Both the position numbers and the translations under genes were made by a program. 64,000 nt of DNA from a virus (lineage: Duplodnaviria > Heunggongvirae > Uroviricota > Caudoviricetes), in IMG/VR virus record IMGVR_UViG_3300037421_000080, positions 42,086-106,085 of that record; one strand, 5' to 3'. Of the stretch, positions 18,748-27,213 are shown one piece after another. How positions within the stretch are numbered: position 1 is the stretch's first letter; each line of letters opens with the position of its first letter. The notes beneath the pieces were generated by a model, which was not told the DNA's origin, did not search any database, and saw only the letters and a program-made list of their open reading frames with translations.

Positions 18748-21700
18748 ATGGCCAAGCTATCCATAGTCGCCGGAGCGACCTCTGAGACGGTTGATATATT
18801 CATCCAGGACAGCCGGCAGACAGTAGTCACCGGACTTCCTGGCCTGGTGTACAACTCCTCTGGCTTGACCTGTTATTACAACTTCCGCCGTGGAGCTTCT
18901 ACCTCTGTCACGCTGGTAACTCTTGTAGCAGCTACGTCAGCTTGGTCGAGCGGTGGTTTCAAGGAGATTGATTCCACAAATCAACCAGGGAAGTATCGCT
19001 TCGACATCCCCAATGCCCTCCTGGCCTCTGGGAACGGCCGCTACGTCGGCATCTACTTCCAAGGAGCGACGAATATGTCCCCCTGCTGGATAGAGATTGA
19101 GCTGACGGGACCAGACAACCAAGTAGCCACGAACTTCGGGCTGAGTGCTCTGCCGACTGCGAATCCAGGTGGATCGGGTGGGTTGGTAATTGACGGAGTC
19201 AATACGGCGGCGATCTCGTTCACTGCCGGTGTAACATTCAGCAACGCAGGAGGCGACGTTTTCACTATCACTAGTTCTGGGGGCAATGGCAACGGAATTG
19301 TGGTGGCAGGGAATGGATCAGGCAATGGCCTTAAGGTAACGGCAGGAGCAACCGGTACAGGGGCAATCTTCAATGGCGGGGCTACTTCGGGTGATGGGGT
19401 TGATATTATATGTCCAGCAAATGGCAGTGCAGCACTATCAATATTAGGCAATGGAGGGAATGCGGATGGTATGGTAGTCCAAGGCCACGGATCTGGAGAT
19501 GGAGCTCTTTTCAACAGTGGGGGCTCTGGGGGTAATGGCATCACTTGCCAGGCGCATGGCACAGGATCAGGCATCAGCGCTTTAGGAGGCACTGGAAATA
19601 CTGGGGATGGTATTCGGGCTAACACCAACTCGACCACGGGTCACGGAATCAATGCTATTGGTAATGGTGCGGGTCACGGATTCAAGAGCACTGGGGGAGC
19701 GACTGGATCAGGCATTAACGCCATTGGAGGAGCTACCTCCGGCCCAGGATTGACAATTACAGGCACAAACGACACTGCGATTTCAGTGGTAGCTGGAGGC
19801 ATCGCAGGAAATGGATTGTACATCGCTGGATCTGGTAGTGGGTCTGGCATCTATTGCACTCCTGGCTCCACAGGTGCCGGGATAGTTTTGTTAGGCGGAT
19901 CCTCTTCCGGTCAAGGAATGGTCATCGTCACTGCTTCTGGGAATGGTATCGACATCACCCCAGTTGGAGGGCATGGCGTCAATGTGGTAGCGAACGGTTC
20001 AGGAAATAACGGACTCAATCTTGTAGGAGCCGGAACAGGATCAGGCATCAAGACGGATAAAATCACAACCTCCGGGGCAGTCGTTTTCGGCTCCTCATTT
20101 ACTGTTACAACCACAACCACATTAACTGGAGCCGTCTCTGCCGCAGCTGGCGTAACATTCAGTAACGCATCCGGAGACGCTTTTGTTTGTTCTAGCTCTG
20201 GAGGAAATGGTAACGGAATTAACATCTCCGCTAACGGTTCTGGAACAGGAGTGAAGGTAGCAGCAGGAGCTACAGGTATCGGATTATCCGTAGCGGGGGG
20301 CAGCTCTTCCGGAGTAGGCATTTCTGTCACCACTACTTCTGGCAATGCAATTAACGTTCTGCCGACTGCTGGGCATGCTCTCGTATTGACGGCTAATGGC
20401 AATACAAAATATGGACTTCGAGCAACTGGCGGTTCCGGGGCAGCTAGCTACGGGGCAATCTTTGCCGCAGGAAGTGGATCAAATGGGGGAGGCATAAGCA
20501 TTGTTGGCGATGGAGGTGGGGATGGAATTGATATTTTAGCAGGTAGCACTACTGGTATCGGGGTGTCTATTGCTGGTGGGGGCACTTCTGGGGTGGGGTT
20601 GAGTATCACTACAACTTCCGGAGACGGGATCTCTATCTTGCCCACAGCGGGCCATGGGATTACAATAACGGCAAATGGCAACAAGAATGGTTTGAACATC
20701 TCTGGATCTGGATCAGGTCATGGCATCATATCCACAGCCGGAGCTACAGGCAATGCTCTCACTCTAGTTGGAGGTGGAACATCTGGGGACGGGCTCAACG
20801 TCACCACCACTCTCGGCCACGGCTTCAACATAACTGCCTCTGGCTCCGGTAAGCATGGCATCACTTCCACAGGAGCCGTCGCCGTCACCACCAGTCCAGC
20901 TGGACATGGCCTCAACCTGGTTGGTGGAGCCTCCTCGACCGGAGCTGGCGGGGCCGCTGGAATAGGCTTGAAAGCTATTGGCGGAGCAGGATCCGCCTCC
21001 ACCAACGGGGCTGGGGAGGGTATTACGCTCCTTGGTGGCGGAACCACCACCGTCTCCGGAGCGAATGGCCTGTCCTCTACTGGAACAGGGAACCTCAATG
21101 GCTTCTCTCTGGTCGGGGCCGGGACGGGCGTTGGCCTCTCAACGACTGTGAGCTTCGGCGCTGCCCTTGCCTCCACCTTCTGGAAGGATATAACAGCTTC
21201 CGACTTCTCGACTTTGAATAGTCCGGGCAACATCCTGGTGAACCAGCTGGGGGGCACATTCACCACGACCTCCTCCAGTATCTTCAACGCTGCCTCCCTC
21301 CAGAATGCTCCAACAGGCGGAGGTGGATCGACAGCCTTCGCTATCTGGTCTGACCTGCTTACCAATCCGGAGTTTGCCGTCCCCGGCAGCGTCGGGCAGC
21401 AGGTCGCCCTGTCCCTACCACGCATCACTCCGGGGGCCGTGGTAGTCAATAGCTATCTCGGGGCTACGGGAACAATCACGATCTATCGCTCCAGCGACAA
21501 CTTCGCCGCCGACGGCCGGTCCCTGGACATTCCAGGACCCAGTGTCAACTACTGGCCAAGCCTCTCCGGAGCTACTATAGCCCTGTATGTGGATGGCAGC
21601 CAGCTCTGTGTTGGGTCTGTGGTGACTCCGACGGGGAACCAGGTGATCCGCTTCGAGCCGAGTGCCCTCCAGACGGGCAGGTTCGCCCCGACAGTGCATT

Positions 21701-21792
21701 CCTATGTTGCCTGGGCGACACTCACTGATGGCCACTTCGTGCCTCTGGCCAGCGGACAGTTCGTGGTGCTCAACTCTCAGGGTGGGCCTTGA
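18748..21792 (+). CDS. tail fiber with long glycine-rich periodic repeats
   Basis: 1014 aa. Dozens of GNG.G..V.A.GSG.GL.. units. Opposite-strand ORFs here are shadow ORFs. Confidence 0.65.
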   Translation: MAKLSIVAGATSETVDIFIQDSRQTVVTGLPGLVYNSSGLTCYYNFRRGASTSVTLVTLVAATSAWSSGGFKEIDSTNQPGKYRFDIPNALLASGNGRYVGIYFQGATNMSPCWIEIELTGPDNQVATNFGLSALPTANPGGSGGLVIDGVNTAAISFTAGVTFSNAGGDVFTITSSGGNGNGIVVAGNGSGNGLKVTAGATGTGAIFNGGATSGDGVDIICPANGSAALSILGNGGNADGMVVQGHGSGDGALFNSGGSGGNGITCQAHGTGSGISALGGTGNTGDGIRANTNSTTGHGINAIGNGAGHGFKSTGGATGSGINAIGGATSGPGLTITGTNDTAISVVAGGIAGNGLYIAGSGSGSGIYCTPGSTGAGIVLLGGSSSGQGMVIVTASGNGIDITPVGGHGVNVVANGSGNNGLNLVGAGTGSGIKTDKITTSGAVVFGSSFTVTTTTTLTGAVSAAAGVTFSNASGDAFVCSSSGGNGNGINISANGSGTGVKVAAGATGIGLSVAGGSSSGVGISVTTTSGNAINVLPTAGHALVLTANGNTKYGLRATGGSGAASYGAIFAAGSGSNGGGISIVGDGGGDGIDILAGSTTGIGVSIAGGGTSGVGLSITTTSGDGISILPTAGHGITITANGNKNGLNISGSGSGHGIISTAGATGNALTLVGGGTSGDGLNVTTTLGHGFNITASGSGKHGITSTGAVAVTTSPAGHGLNLVGGASSTGAGGAAGIGLKAIGGAGSASTNGAGEGITLLGGGTTTVSGANGLSSTGTGNLNGFSLVGAGTGVGLSTTVSFGAALASTFWKDITASDFSTLNSPGNILVNQLGGTFTTTSSSIFNAASLQNAPTGGGGSTAFAIWSDLLTNPEFAVPGSVGQQVALSLPRITPGAVVVNSYLGATGTITIYRSSDNFAADGRSLDIPGPSVNYWPSLSGATIALYVDGSQLCVGSVVTPTGNQVIRFEPSALQTGRFAPTVHSYVAWATLTDGHFVPLASGQFVVLNSQGGP

Positions 21793-21799
21793 TTAGGAG

Positions 21800-22510
21800 A
21801 TGAAAATGCCGAGCAAAGGACTAGGGAGTCTGCTAGGTAAGCTAGTCAATCGCCTTCGCAAGCAACCGAAGCCTCCTCCAGTCTCCAAGAAGCCCATCAA
21901 GATCGAGGACGTGAGTCCTTTCGGGGGCAAGTTCGTGGGGCATCGGGGCTATGCTCTCGGGAGCACGGAAGAAGGGAAGATGGATCTATCCCCAGAGAAC
22001 AAGGCCAAGTGGAAGCAGGTATCAAGGGAGTCAGCGGAAGGATTCCTGAACGGAGAGCCTCTTTTTGTCCACTCAACCAATGTGGTCGCAGCGCAGTATT
22101 ATGCCGATGAGAACAAGATGCAGGTGGAGTTCAAGGGGGGCTCTGCCTATCTCTATAGCAATGTGAGCTTGGAGGAGGCATGGGACTTCCTAGAGGCTGG
22201 CAGCAAAGGATCTTGGATCTGGGATAAGCTAAGGGTGCGGGGTAGTAAGACAGCACATCGCAAACCTTATACAAAGATCAAGACTGGCTTCAAGGATCCT
22301 GCTAAGCTAGCGGAGCAGAAAGCCAGGGAGCGTGCTAAGTCCGATGCCAAGGCCAAGAAGGAATTTGACAGACTCTCCCGTCAGGTAGACGACGCTGCTT
22401 TCAAGAGGGCTCAAGCGGAAGCCATGAGAGCAGAACGAGCAGATGCAAAGGAGAATGCTGCCAATGCTAGGGCTCAGGCCGAGTTCAATCGTCGTCTGTT
22501 GAACGGGTGA
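21800..22510 (+). CDS. KTSC-domain protein with Lys/Ala/Glu-rich C-terminal tail
   Basis: AGGAGATGAAAATG SD. Block LFVHSTNVVAAQYYADENKMQVEFKGGSAYLYSNVSLEEAWDFLEAGSKGSWIW matches the KTSC domain. Confidence 0.55.
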   Translation: MKMPSKGLGSLLGKLVNRLRKQPKPPPVSKKPIKIEDVSPFGGKFVGHRGYALGSTEEGKMDLSPENKAKWKQVSRESAEGFLNGEPLFVHSTNVVAAQYYADENKMQVEFKGGSAYLYSNVSLEEAWDFLEAGSKGSWIWDKLRVRGSKTAHRKPYTKIKTGFKDPAKLAEQKARERAKSDAKAKKEFDRLSRQVDDAAFKRAQAEAMRAERADAKENAANARAQAEFNRRLLNG

Positions 22511-22513
22511 TGC

Positions 22514-23371
22514 CTAATAGCACGCCGTGTCTACCACTTCCCCACCAGCCCTCGTGCTGAGAGGGATCGTAGCTGCTGCTCCTCTATATCCTATCCATCG
22601 TACTGACCCATCCACAAAGGCCCAATTCCCGCCATCTCTATGTGGGCTCCAGAAGTGGGTAGAAGCGCAGGGATCCTCGTACTCCCCAGGTCCGTACACA
22701 TTAGGACCGGGACATGGCCCGTAAATGGGCACGTTGCTCTGGGTCGCCATCAGGTTATCGTAATCGCTGAAGGCCCACCAGCCCCAATACAGCTCCGGAG
22801 AAGGCGGTCTCTCGCCGATCATCAGAGTGGTTGAGGCACCGTCCCTCACATCCAGCAGCCTGATCCCCTTCGCCAGACTGGTATCAAATGCTCCGTTCGT
22901 TGGAGTAGCATCGCAGTTCATCGTTGTGCCCACCACACCGCAGTAACTAGTCATTCCAAACGTGCCTGTCTCCGCCCAGCTCGTTCCAGAGAAGCCGGTC
23001 ACCAGATCACGCGGATCGCTGGGGCACAGGAGCAGTGGGATCGCATTGCCGGAGAAGACCATGAAGGATACGTCATCCAGAGTGTAGTCCTGGAGATCCT
23101 TTTGGTCGATGAAGGGCAGGAGCCTCCACATCCAGCCCCGCCTATCGGTGAAGAAGCCTGGGTCGTCCCTTGCTGGCGGAAAGTAGCTGAACTGGTCGTG
23201 ATAGGCGTGAACGGCCATTGCGAGCTGCTTCATGCTGCTTTGGCAGGTGCAGCGGTTGGCTGCTTCCCGTATCTTCTGGACGGCAGGCAGGAGCAGGCCG
23301 ATCAGGATCGCTATGATGGCGATGGAGACGAGAAGCTCGAATATCGTGAAGGCAGGTCGAAGGATAGGCAT
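22514..23371 (-). CDS. DUF1559 / prepilin-type N-terminal methylation-domain protein (Planctomycetes H-X9-DG family)
   Basis: N-term FTIFELLVSIAIIAILIGLLLPAVQKIREAANR = class III signal/pseudopilin helix. C-term H..HRDGGNWAFVDGSVRWI = H-X9-DG motif. Confidence 0.75.
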   Translation of the reverse strand: MPILRPAFTIFELLVSIAIIAILIGLLLPAVQKIREAANRCTCQSSMKQLAMAVHAYHDQFSYFPPARDDPGFFTDRRGWMWRLLPFIDQKDLQDYTLDDVSFMVFSGNAIPLLLCPSDPRDLVTGFSGTSWAETGTFGMTSYCGVVGTTMNCDATPTNGAFDTSLAKGIRLLDVRDGASTTLMIGERPPSPELYWGWWAFSDYDNLMATQSNVPIYGPCPGPNVYGPGEYEDPCASTHFWSPHRDGGNWAFVDGSVRWIGYRGAAATIPLSTRAGGEVVDTACY

Positions 23372-23459
23372 TGAGGATCTCTCCGAAATAAGGTAGGCGA
23401 GAGCGAAGGGATTCGGAGAGGGAGGATTTTCATCTCGCGGGGTTTCGTTTCTCCTTTCT

Positions 23460-23489
23460 ATTGTATTTGATCGGGATAGGTTGGGTCAA
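23460..23489 (-). promoter_or_regulatory. sigma70-like promoter (TTGACC-18-TACAAT) for the DUF1559 gene
   Basis: On the minus strand: cgaTTGACCcaacctatcccgatcaaaTACAATag, about 90 nt upstream of the start codon. Confidence 0.4.
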
Positions 23490-24214
23490 TCGGTAGGAAC
23501 TTCTATCTTCAAACTCCACTCAAAGTGAGTCATCGGCAGCCATCCCTGGACGTAGACCGTATTGAAGAAGGCCGTGAAGGGAACAGGGAATTGCCAGTCC
23601 GCGAACTGTTTCAAGCCCTTGACCAGATCAGGATCCTCGGTGACTTTCGTTCCCAAGAGATCGTCCAGCTCTTGAGATATTTTGCTCTTCGTGACTCCAG
23701 ATTCAATCAATATGACATCAAGGATGGCAACTAGCCCGTAGAGGAGATGCTCCGTTCCGACATAGTTGTTGTTCCTACTGGAAGCGAAGTGCAAGGCATG
23801 CTCAATCACTTTTTTGGAAAGAGGCCCTTGGGGCAGCTTGGAGAAAATACCACCTTCCTGTTTTACAGGCAAGTAGCTCTCTGGCTTCCTTTCTCGGCAT
23901 GCCTTCTGAGTCAATTCTGGAGAGACGCCCATTCTTCGTAGGAGCGTTCCACCTACGCTGTTCTTGTCGTCACAGATGCCGTAGAGGATATGATTTGGTT
24001 GCACGGCGGACCAGCCCCATTCCTTGGCGACCTGGTTAGCCTTCTGCATCACCTTGCGGGCACGGTCGGTGAAGCGTTCGTACAAGTTTGTTCTCCGAAA
24101 ATGAGACCCGATCCCGCCAGCATATTTTCCCCTGCCGCGAAGCTGGTTTGGAGCCAGCTTTACTAGAACAGAGTTATTTCGCTGGCGGGGCAGCATGGTG
24201 AGGGTCCAGCCCAC
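23486..24214 (-). CDS. Clp N-terminal (Clp_N) double-repeat domain protein
   Basis: ERFTDRARKVM...EWGWSAVQPNHILYGI and a second repeat LSKKVIEHALHFASSRNNNYVGTEHLLYGLV match the ClpA/ClpC N-domain repeats. No AAA+ module. True start may be internal. Confidence 0.55.
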   Translation of the reverse strand: MGWTLTMLPRQRNNSVLVKLAPNQLRGRGKYAGGIGSHFRRTNLYERFTDRARKVMQKANQVAKEWGWSAVQPNHILYGICDDKNSVGGTLLRRMGVSPELTQKACRERKPESYLPVKQEGGIFSKLPQGPLSKKVIEHALHFASSRNNNYVGTEHLLYGLVAILDVILIESGVTKSKISQELDDLLGTKVTEDPDLVKGLKQFADWQFPVPFTAFFNTVYVQGWLPMTHFEWSLKIEVPTD

Positions 24215-24274
24215 AATCGCCCTGTCCGCAGGACCGGTGACCGCAGACAGGGTTGAGCCCGCACTTTGATTCCG

Positions 24275-25924
24275 TTATTCAACTGCAAAGTTCGAGATCA
24301 CAGTTGGCGTATCCGTGGAGAAACCTACACAATCAAGCATCCCCGAGTCGGATGGATCCGCCAGGGAGAATCCGTTGGAGGTCATGCCCACGACTACCAG
24401 CTTGGCCGGAATCCCCATCTTCTGGCGATACTGGTCCAATGCTTGGACTGGTTGGATTTCACCGGCCCATGTCTCGCTATCGGTGTAGATGCAGAACACA
24501 TCCACCTTCAGCTTCTGGTCCATCGCGTAGAGCATCGGTAGGGCGCAGTCGGTCCCGCCCATCGGTAGGGCAGCCATCGCCCGGCAAACATCGTCCAGCC
24601 GTTGGCGCGGGGAGATCGGCAGCGTGGTGATTCCGTTGTTGTACCCCATGCTGGAATACTGGCCCCGGCCCCCGTTGCGGCACCAGCCGTTGCTGGTGAA
24701 TGCGACGAAGGCGTGCTGGGGCTCCACCGCCGCAGTCACCAGGGCCATCGCCCCGCTGGCGACGCGGGCGCTCAGGAAAGTTCCGGCGATATGAGATCCT
24801 TCCATCGACCCGGAGACATCTAGGGCCAGCAGCCACCGCTTATTGGTGGGCTCTACAGAATCGAACGCCAGGTAAAAGGCGCCGTCTAGGGCGTCCACTA
24901 CCTGGGCCACTGGGCTCCATGTGTTCTGCCCCTTCTCTCCCCGGCCCTGAGCATAGGTTTTCAACGCCAAGAGAAGAGCCATCGGATGGACGCGGGCCTT
25001 GCGAATCCACTCCTTGTTTGACAGAGAGGAAACCACCTTGGCGGTCCCATCGGAGAGCGGATCCAGCAGACCAACTCGCGTCATGGTTGCCAGGTTGCGA
25101 ACCAGGGCCGTCAGGGGCATCTTCTCCAGCAAGGCTTCCCAGACGCTGGCTTCCGTCAGAAACTGCGTCGGGATGCACTCGCGGGGCAAGTTGTATTCCC
25201 GGATTAGCTTGCAGATCTCTTTCTTGTCCTTGGAGCGCTTGGCCTTTTCGAATGCCCAAATGATCTTGAGGGCATCTTCCGGATGCTCCTCCTCCCCGAT
25301 TCTCTCCCAGCCCTTGACTGCCCAGTGGAAGATGGAGTTCATCGGTTCGTTTGCCTGAGCATGGCAGAGGCGCAGAAGATCTCGATGGCTCCAGCCGTTG
25401 CGATTCTGGTACTTTACGACTCCATAGGCCAATTTATCCGGAGCCTGGGACGTGTACCATCCAGCGACCATCGAACGCAGGGAGCGTCCCCAGCCCCGGA
25501 AGTTCTGGACGGCCTCACAGAACTGGAAGATATGGGTTCCAATGCGGCAGATCTTCGGCAGAGCCTCCGCTACTCCGAACGTAGCTGCCTTTTTGTGGCC
25601 TGCTGCCATCGCCAGGGCGAAGATAGCTGGATCGTTTTTGGGGGCTTTGCCTCCATCGCTAATCTCCACGATCCGTTTGACAACGCGAGCTCCGTCTTCG
25701 TCGAGTAGCTTCTGGACGACCTTGGCGTTTTCGATGGTGAGCTTCTTCTCGGAAGCATAGAAGCTACCTTGGCTCGCGCCCAAAATGAGGAAGCGATCCA
25801 ACCGCTTCCAATCATCGACGGCGAAGGAGTAGCCCCCGGCCGAGTTCTGGACCATCGGCTTTCCCGGGATCGGCTCCGACTGAGGAGTAACGCGGGTGGA
25901 GAAGTGCTTGCTGTAAACGGTCAT
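24275..25924 (-). CDS. rsr: Ro60-like (Rsr) TROVE + vWA/MIDAS protein
   Basis: N-terminal TROVE block MVQNSAGGYSFAVDDWKRLDRFLILGASQGSFYASEK..VVKRIVEIS..PKNDPAIFALAMAA. C-terminal vWA with DVSGSMEG MIDAS. Start chosen at ATG 25924 (AAGGAGG SD) rather than the upstream in-frame Met. Confidence 0.75.
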   Translation of the reverse strand: MTVYSKHFSTRVTPQSEPIPGKPMVQNSAGGYSFAVDDWKRLDRFLILGASQGSFYASEKKLTIENAKVVQKLLDEDGARVVKRIVEISDGGKAPKNDPAIFALAMAAGHKKAATFGVAEALPKICRIGTHIFQFCEAVQNFRGWGRSLRSMVAGWYTSQAPDKLAYGVVKYQNRNGWSHRDLLRLCHAQANEPMNSIFHWAVKGWERIGEEEHPEDALKIIWAFEKAKRSKDKKEICKLIREYNLPRECIPTQFLTEASVWEALLEKMPLTALVRNLATMTRVGLLDPLSDGTAKVVSSLSNKEWIRKARVHPMALLLALKTYAQGRGEKGQNTWSPVAQVVDALDGAFYLAFDSVEPTNKRWLLALDVSGSMEGSHIAGTFLSARVASGAMALVTAAVEPQHAFVAFTSNGWCRNGGRGQYSSMGYNNGITTLPISPRQRLDDVCRAMAALPMGGTDCALPMLYAMDQKLKVDVFCIYTDSETWAGEIQPVQALDQYRQKMGIPAKLVVVGMTSNGFSLADPSDSGMLDCVGFSTDTPTVISNFAVE

Positions 25925-25968
25925 GCTAGCCTCCTTCGGCTGTAAAAGGAGAAAGAGAAGTATTCCCA

Positions 25969-26260
25969 TGGACAAAAACTTGTATCAAGGGGGTATCTTA
26001 ACAGGATAACCTTGACAACAAACGGCCCATAGGGAATGTCAAAAAGCGAGGACAAGTTTTTGCAATGGGGTACATTTTAGCAGATAACCCATTACTCCGG
26101 CCCTCACGAATACGCGATCAAATAGTGCGGACAAAAATTGCCGTTGGGTATGCCGGGACTTTCACCCAGCTGTCTTTTTGCAGAAGATAACCAACATGCG
26201 TCCGGCCCACACAAGCTTCGTTGTTTCAAAATAGCACGGACAAAAGTAGATGTCCGGTTT
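25969..26260. repeat. tandem array of ~78-bp imperfect repeat units (3 full + 1 partial) with conserved blocks GGACAA..TTG..GGGTA..GATAACC..CGGCCC
   Basis: Units start about 25972, 26052, 26130 and 26238. Noncoding, immediately 5' of rsr on the minus strand. Confidence 0.5.
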
Positions 26261-26291
26261 TACTGTGCAGCCATCACACTCCAGCTAGTTA

Positions 26292-26337
26292 CCCAGCTGC
26301 CGGGAATCGAACCCGGTCTAGTCCTTTTTCAGAGGAG
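26292..26337 (-). ncRNA. tRNA 3'-portion-like element: anticodon-type stem-loop (CU-GAA-AA, Phe-like), 4-nt variable region, T-arm (CCGGG-TTCGATT-CCCGG) and 7-nt 3' acceptor strand, but no 5' acceptor/D-arm partner
   Basis: Manual fold of the minus strand. Candidate attP-type tRNA fragment, tRNA pseudogene or Y-RNA module. Confidence 0.3.
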
Positions 26338-26362
26338 AACAGACACCAAACGGCCCGTGCAT

Positions 26363-26453
26363 TGGGGGCAATTGGGATCGAACCGATAATCCTGGACTTC
26401 GACTCGGTTTCCCGAATAAGCTAGTGTTCAGGTGCCCTACCAGGGCTGCCCCC
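26363..26453 (-). ncRNA. tRNA-like structured RNA candidate (possible Y-RNA-like tRNA mimic)
   Basis: 91 nt with a perfect 7-bp acceptor-like terminal stem GGGGGCA/TGCCCCC, a T-arm (ATCGG-TTCGATC-CCAAT, one C.A mismatch) abutting the 3' strand, a D-like hairpin GCCC-tGGta-GGGC and an internal GAAA tetraloop hairpin. No anticodon arm. Confidence 0.35.
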
Positions 26454-26839
26454 TGAAAATCCTCGGTAACTTTGGAAAGCAGATCCAGCGTAGGTTTTCA
26501 ACAAAGCAAGGCGCAGATAAAGTTCGCCAGTGGGTTTTACTGAATTTCTCTACGCTTTCTCCGATTCCCTCAGTCGCCGAAGTTGGGAAATCTCCCGCTC
26601 ATCAGAGATAATCCACTGACATCGACCCCGTACCTTGCAGTCGCGGTTCTGGGGGATGCTCCCAGCAGTCCAAGGTTATGAGCCTCGAATGGGCACTGGC
26701 CCAACCGCAGTCAATTGGCGGACAAGGTAATGCTAGAGGAGTAACAGCCAAGGTAATCCTCTAACTCCGGCCCGCCAGTATTCCATTATAGTATGACACC
26801 GAAACGGCGAAAAGGTTATGGGTTTCTTTCCTTTTTTTA

Positions 26840-27025
26840 TTATCGGCTCTGCTCCAAATCAGCCAAACGACGGTTGAAGAAAGCGATCGTCGTCTTCAAG
26901 TTCAAGATCTCCATCTGCTTCTTACGCTCTGGGTACAGCAGATTCTCTAGTCTTTGCACTTCCTTCTCCAGCTCGTCGACTCTGCGTCGGTGGGGGCAAT
27001 TAGGATCGCCGCAATCTCCGAACAT
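26840..27025 (-). CDS. small Cys/His zinc-binding protein
   Basis: 61 aa, CGDPNCPH motif. Confidence 0.4.
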   Translation of the reverse strand: MFGDCGDPNCPHRRRVDELEKEVQRLENLLYPERKKQMEILNLKTTIAFFNRRLADLEQSR

Positions 27026-27207
27026 TATAGGTGCTCCGCAGCAAGCTTCTTCTTGCCTTTGTCCGTGATCCGCCAGCTGAGTTCAACTAGTCCTTCCTTA
27101 GCCATGTCTTTTAGATGAGCTAGCTCGATCTCGTCATACTGGTCGTTATCGACACAGCCCTGGCACTCAACCAGTTCTTCAAGAATGGCTAGGTCTTCAA
27201 CTTTCAT
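27025..27207 (-). CDS. small hypothetical protein
   Basis: 60 aa. GGGAGTAGAAAATG SD. Confidence 0.4.
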   Translation of the reverse strand: MKVEDLAILEELVECQGCVDNDQYDEIELAHLKDMAKEGLVELSWRITDKGKKKLAAEHL

Positions 27208-27213
27208 TTTCTA

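Noticed and set aside
19053-21735. Long minus-strand ORFs (194, 163, 243, 106 aa) opposite the glycine-repeat fiber gene
   Set aside because: Pro/Ala/Val-rich translations typical of the antisense strand of a GC-rich Gly-codon repeat. No starts, RBS or context. Shadow ORFs.
24253-25815. Multiple plus-strand ORFs inside the Ro60 gene
   Set aside because: Arg/Pro-rich antisense shadow ORFs of a clearly homologous minus-strand gene.
25976-26840. Canonical Ro60-binding helix motif (GGUCCGA / UUGACC) in the rsr-adjacent island
   Set aside because: Searched both strands by eye and did not find it. The Y-RNA interpretation therefore rests on the tRNA-like modules and linkage only.
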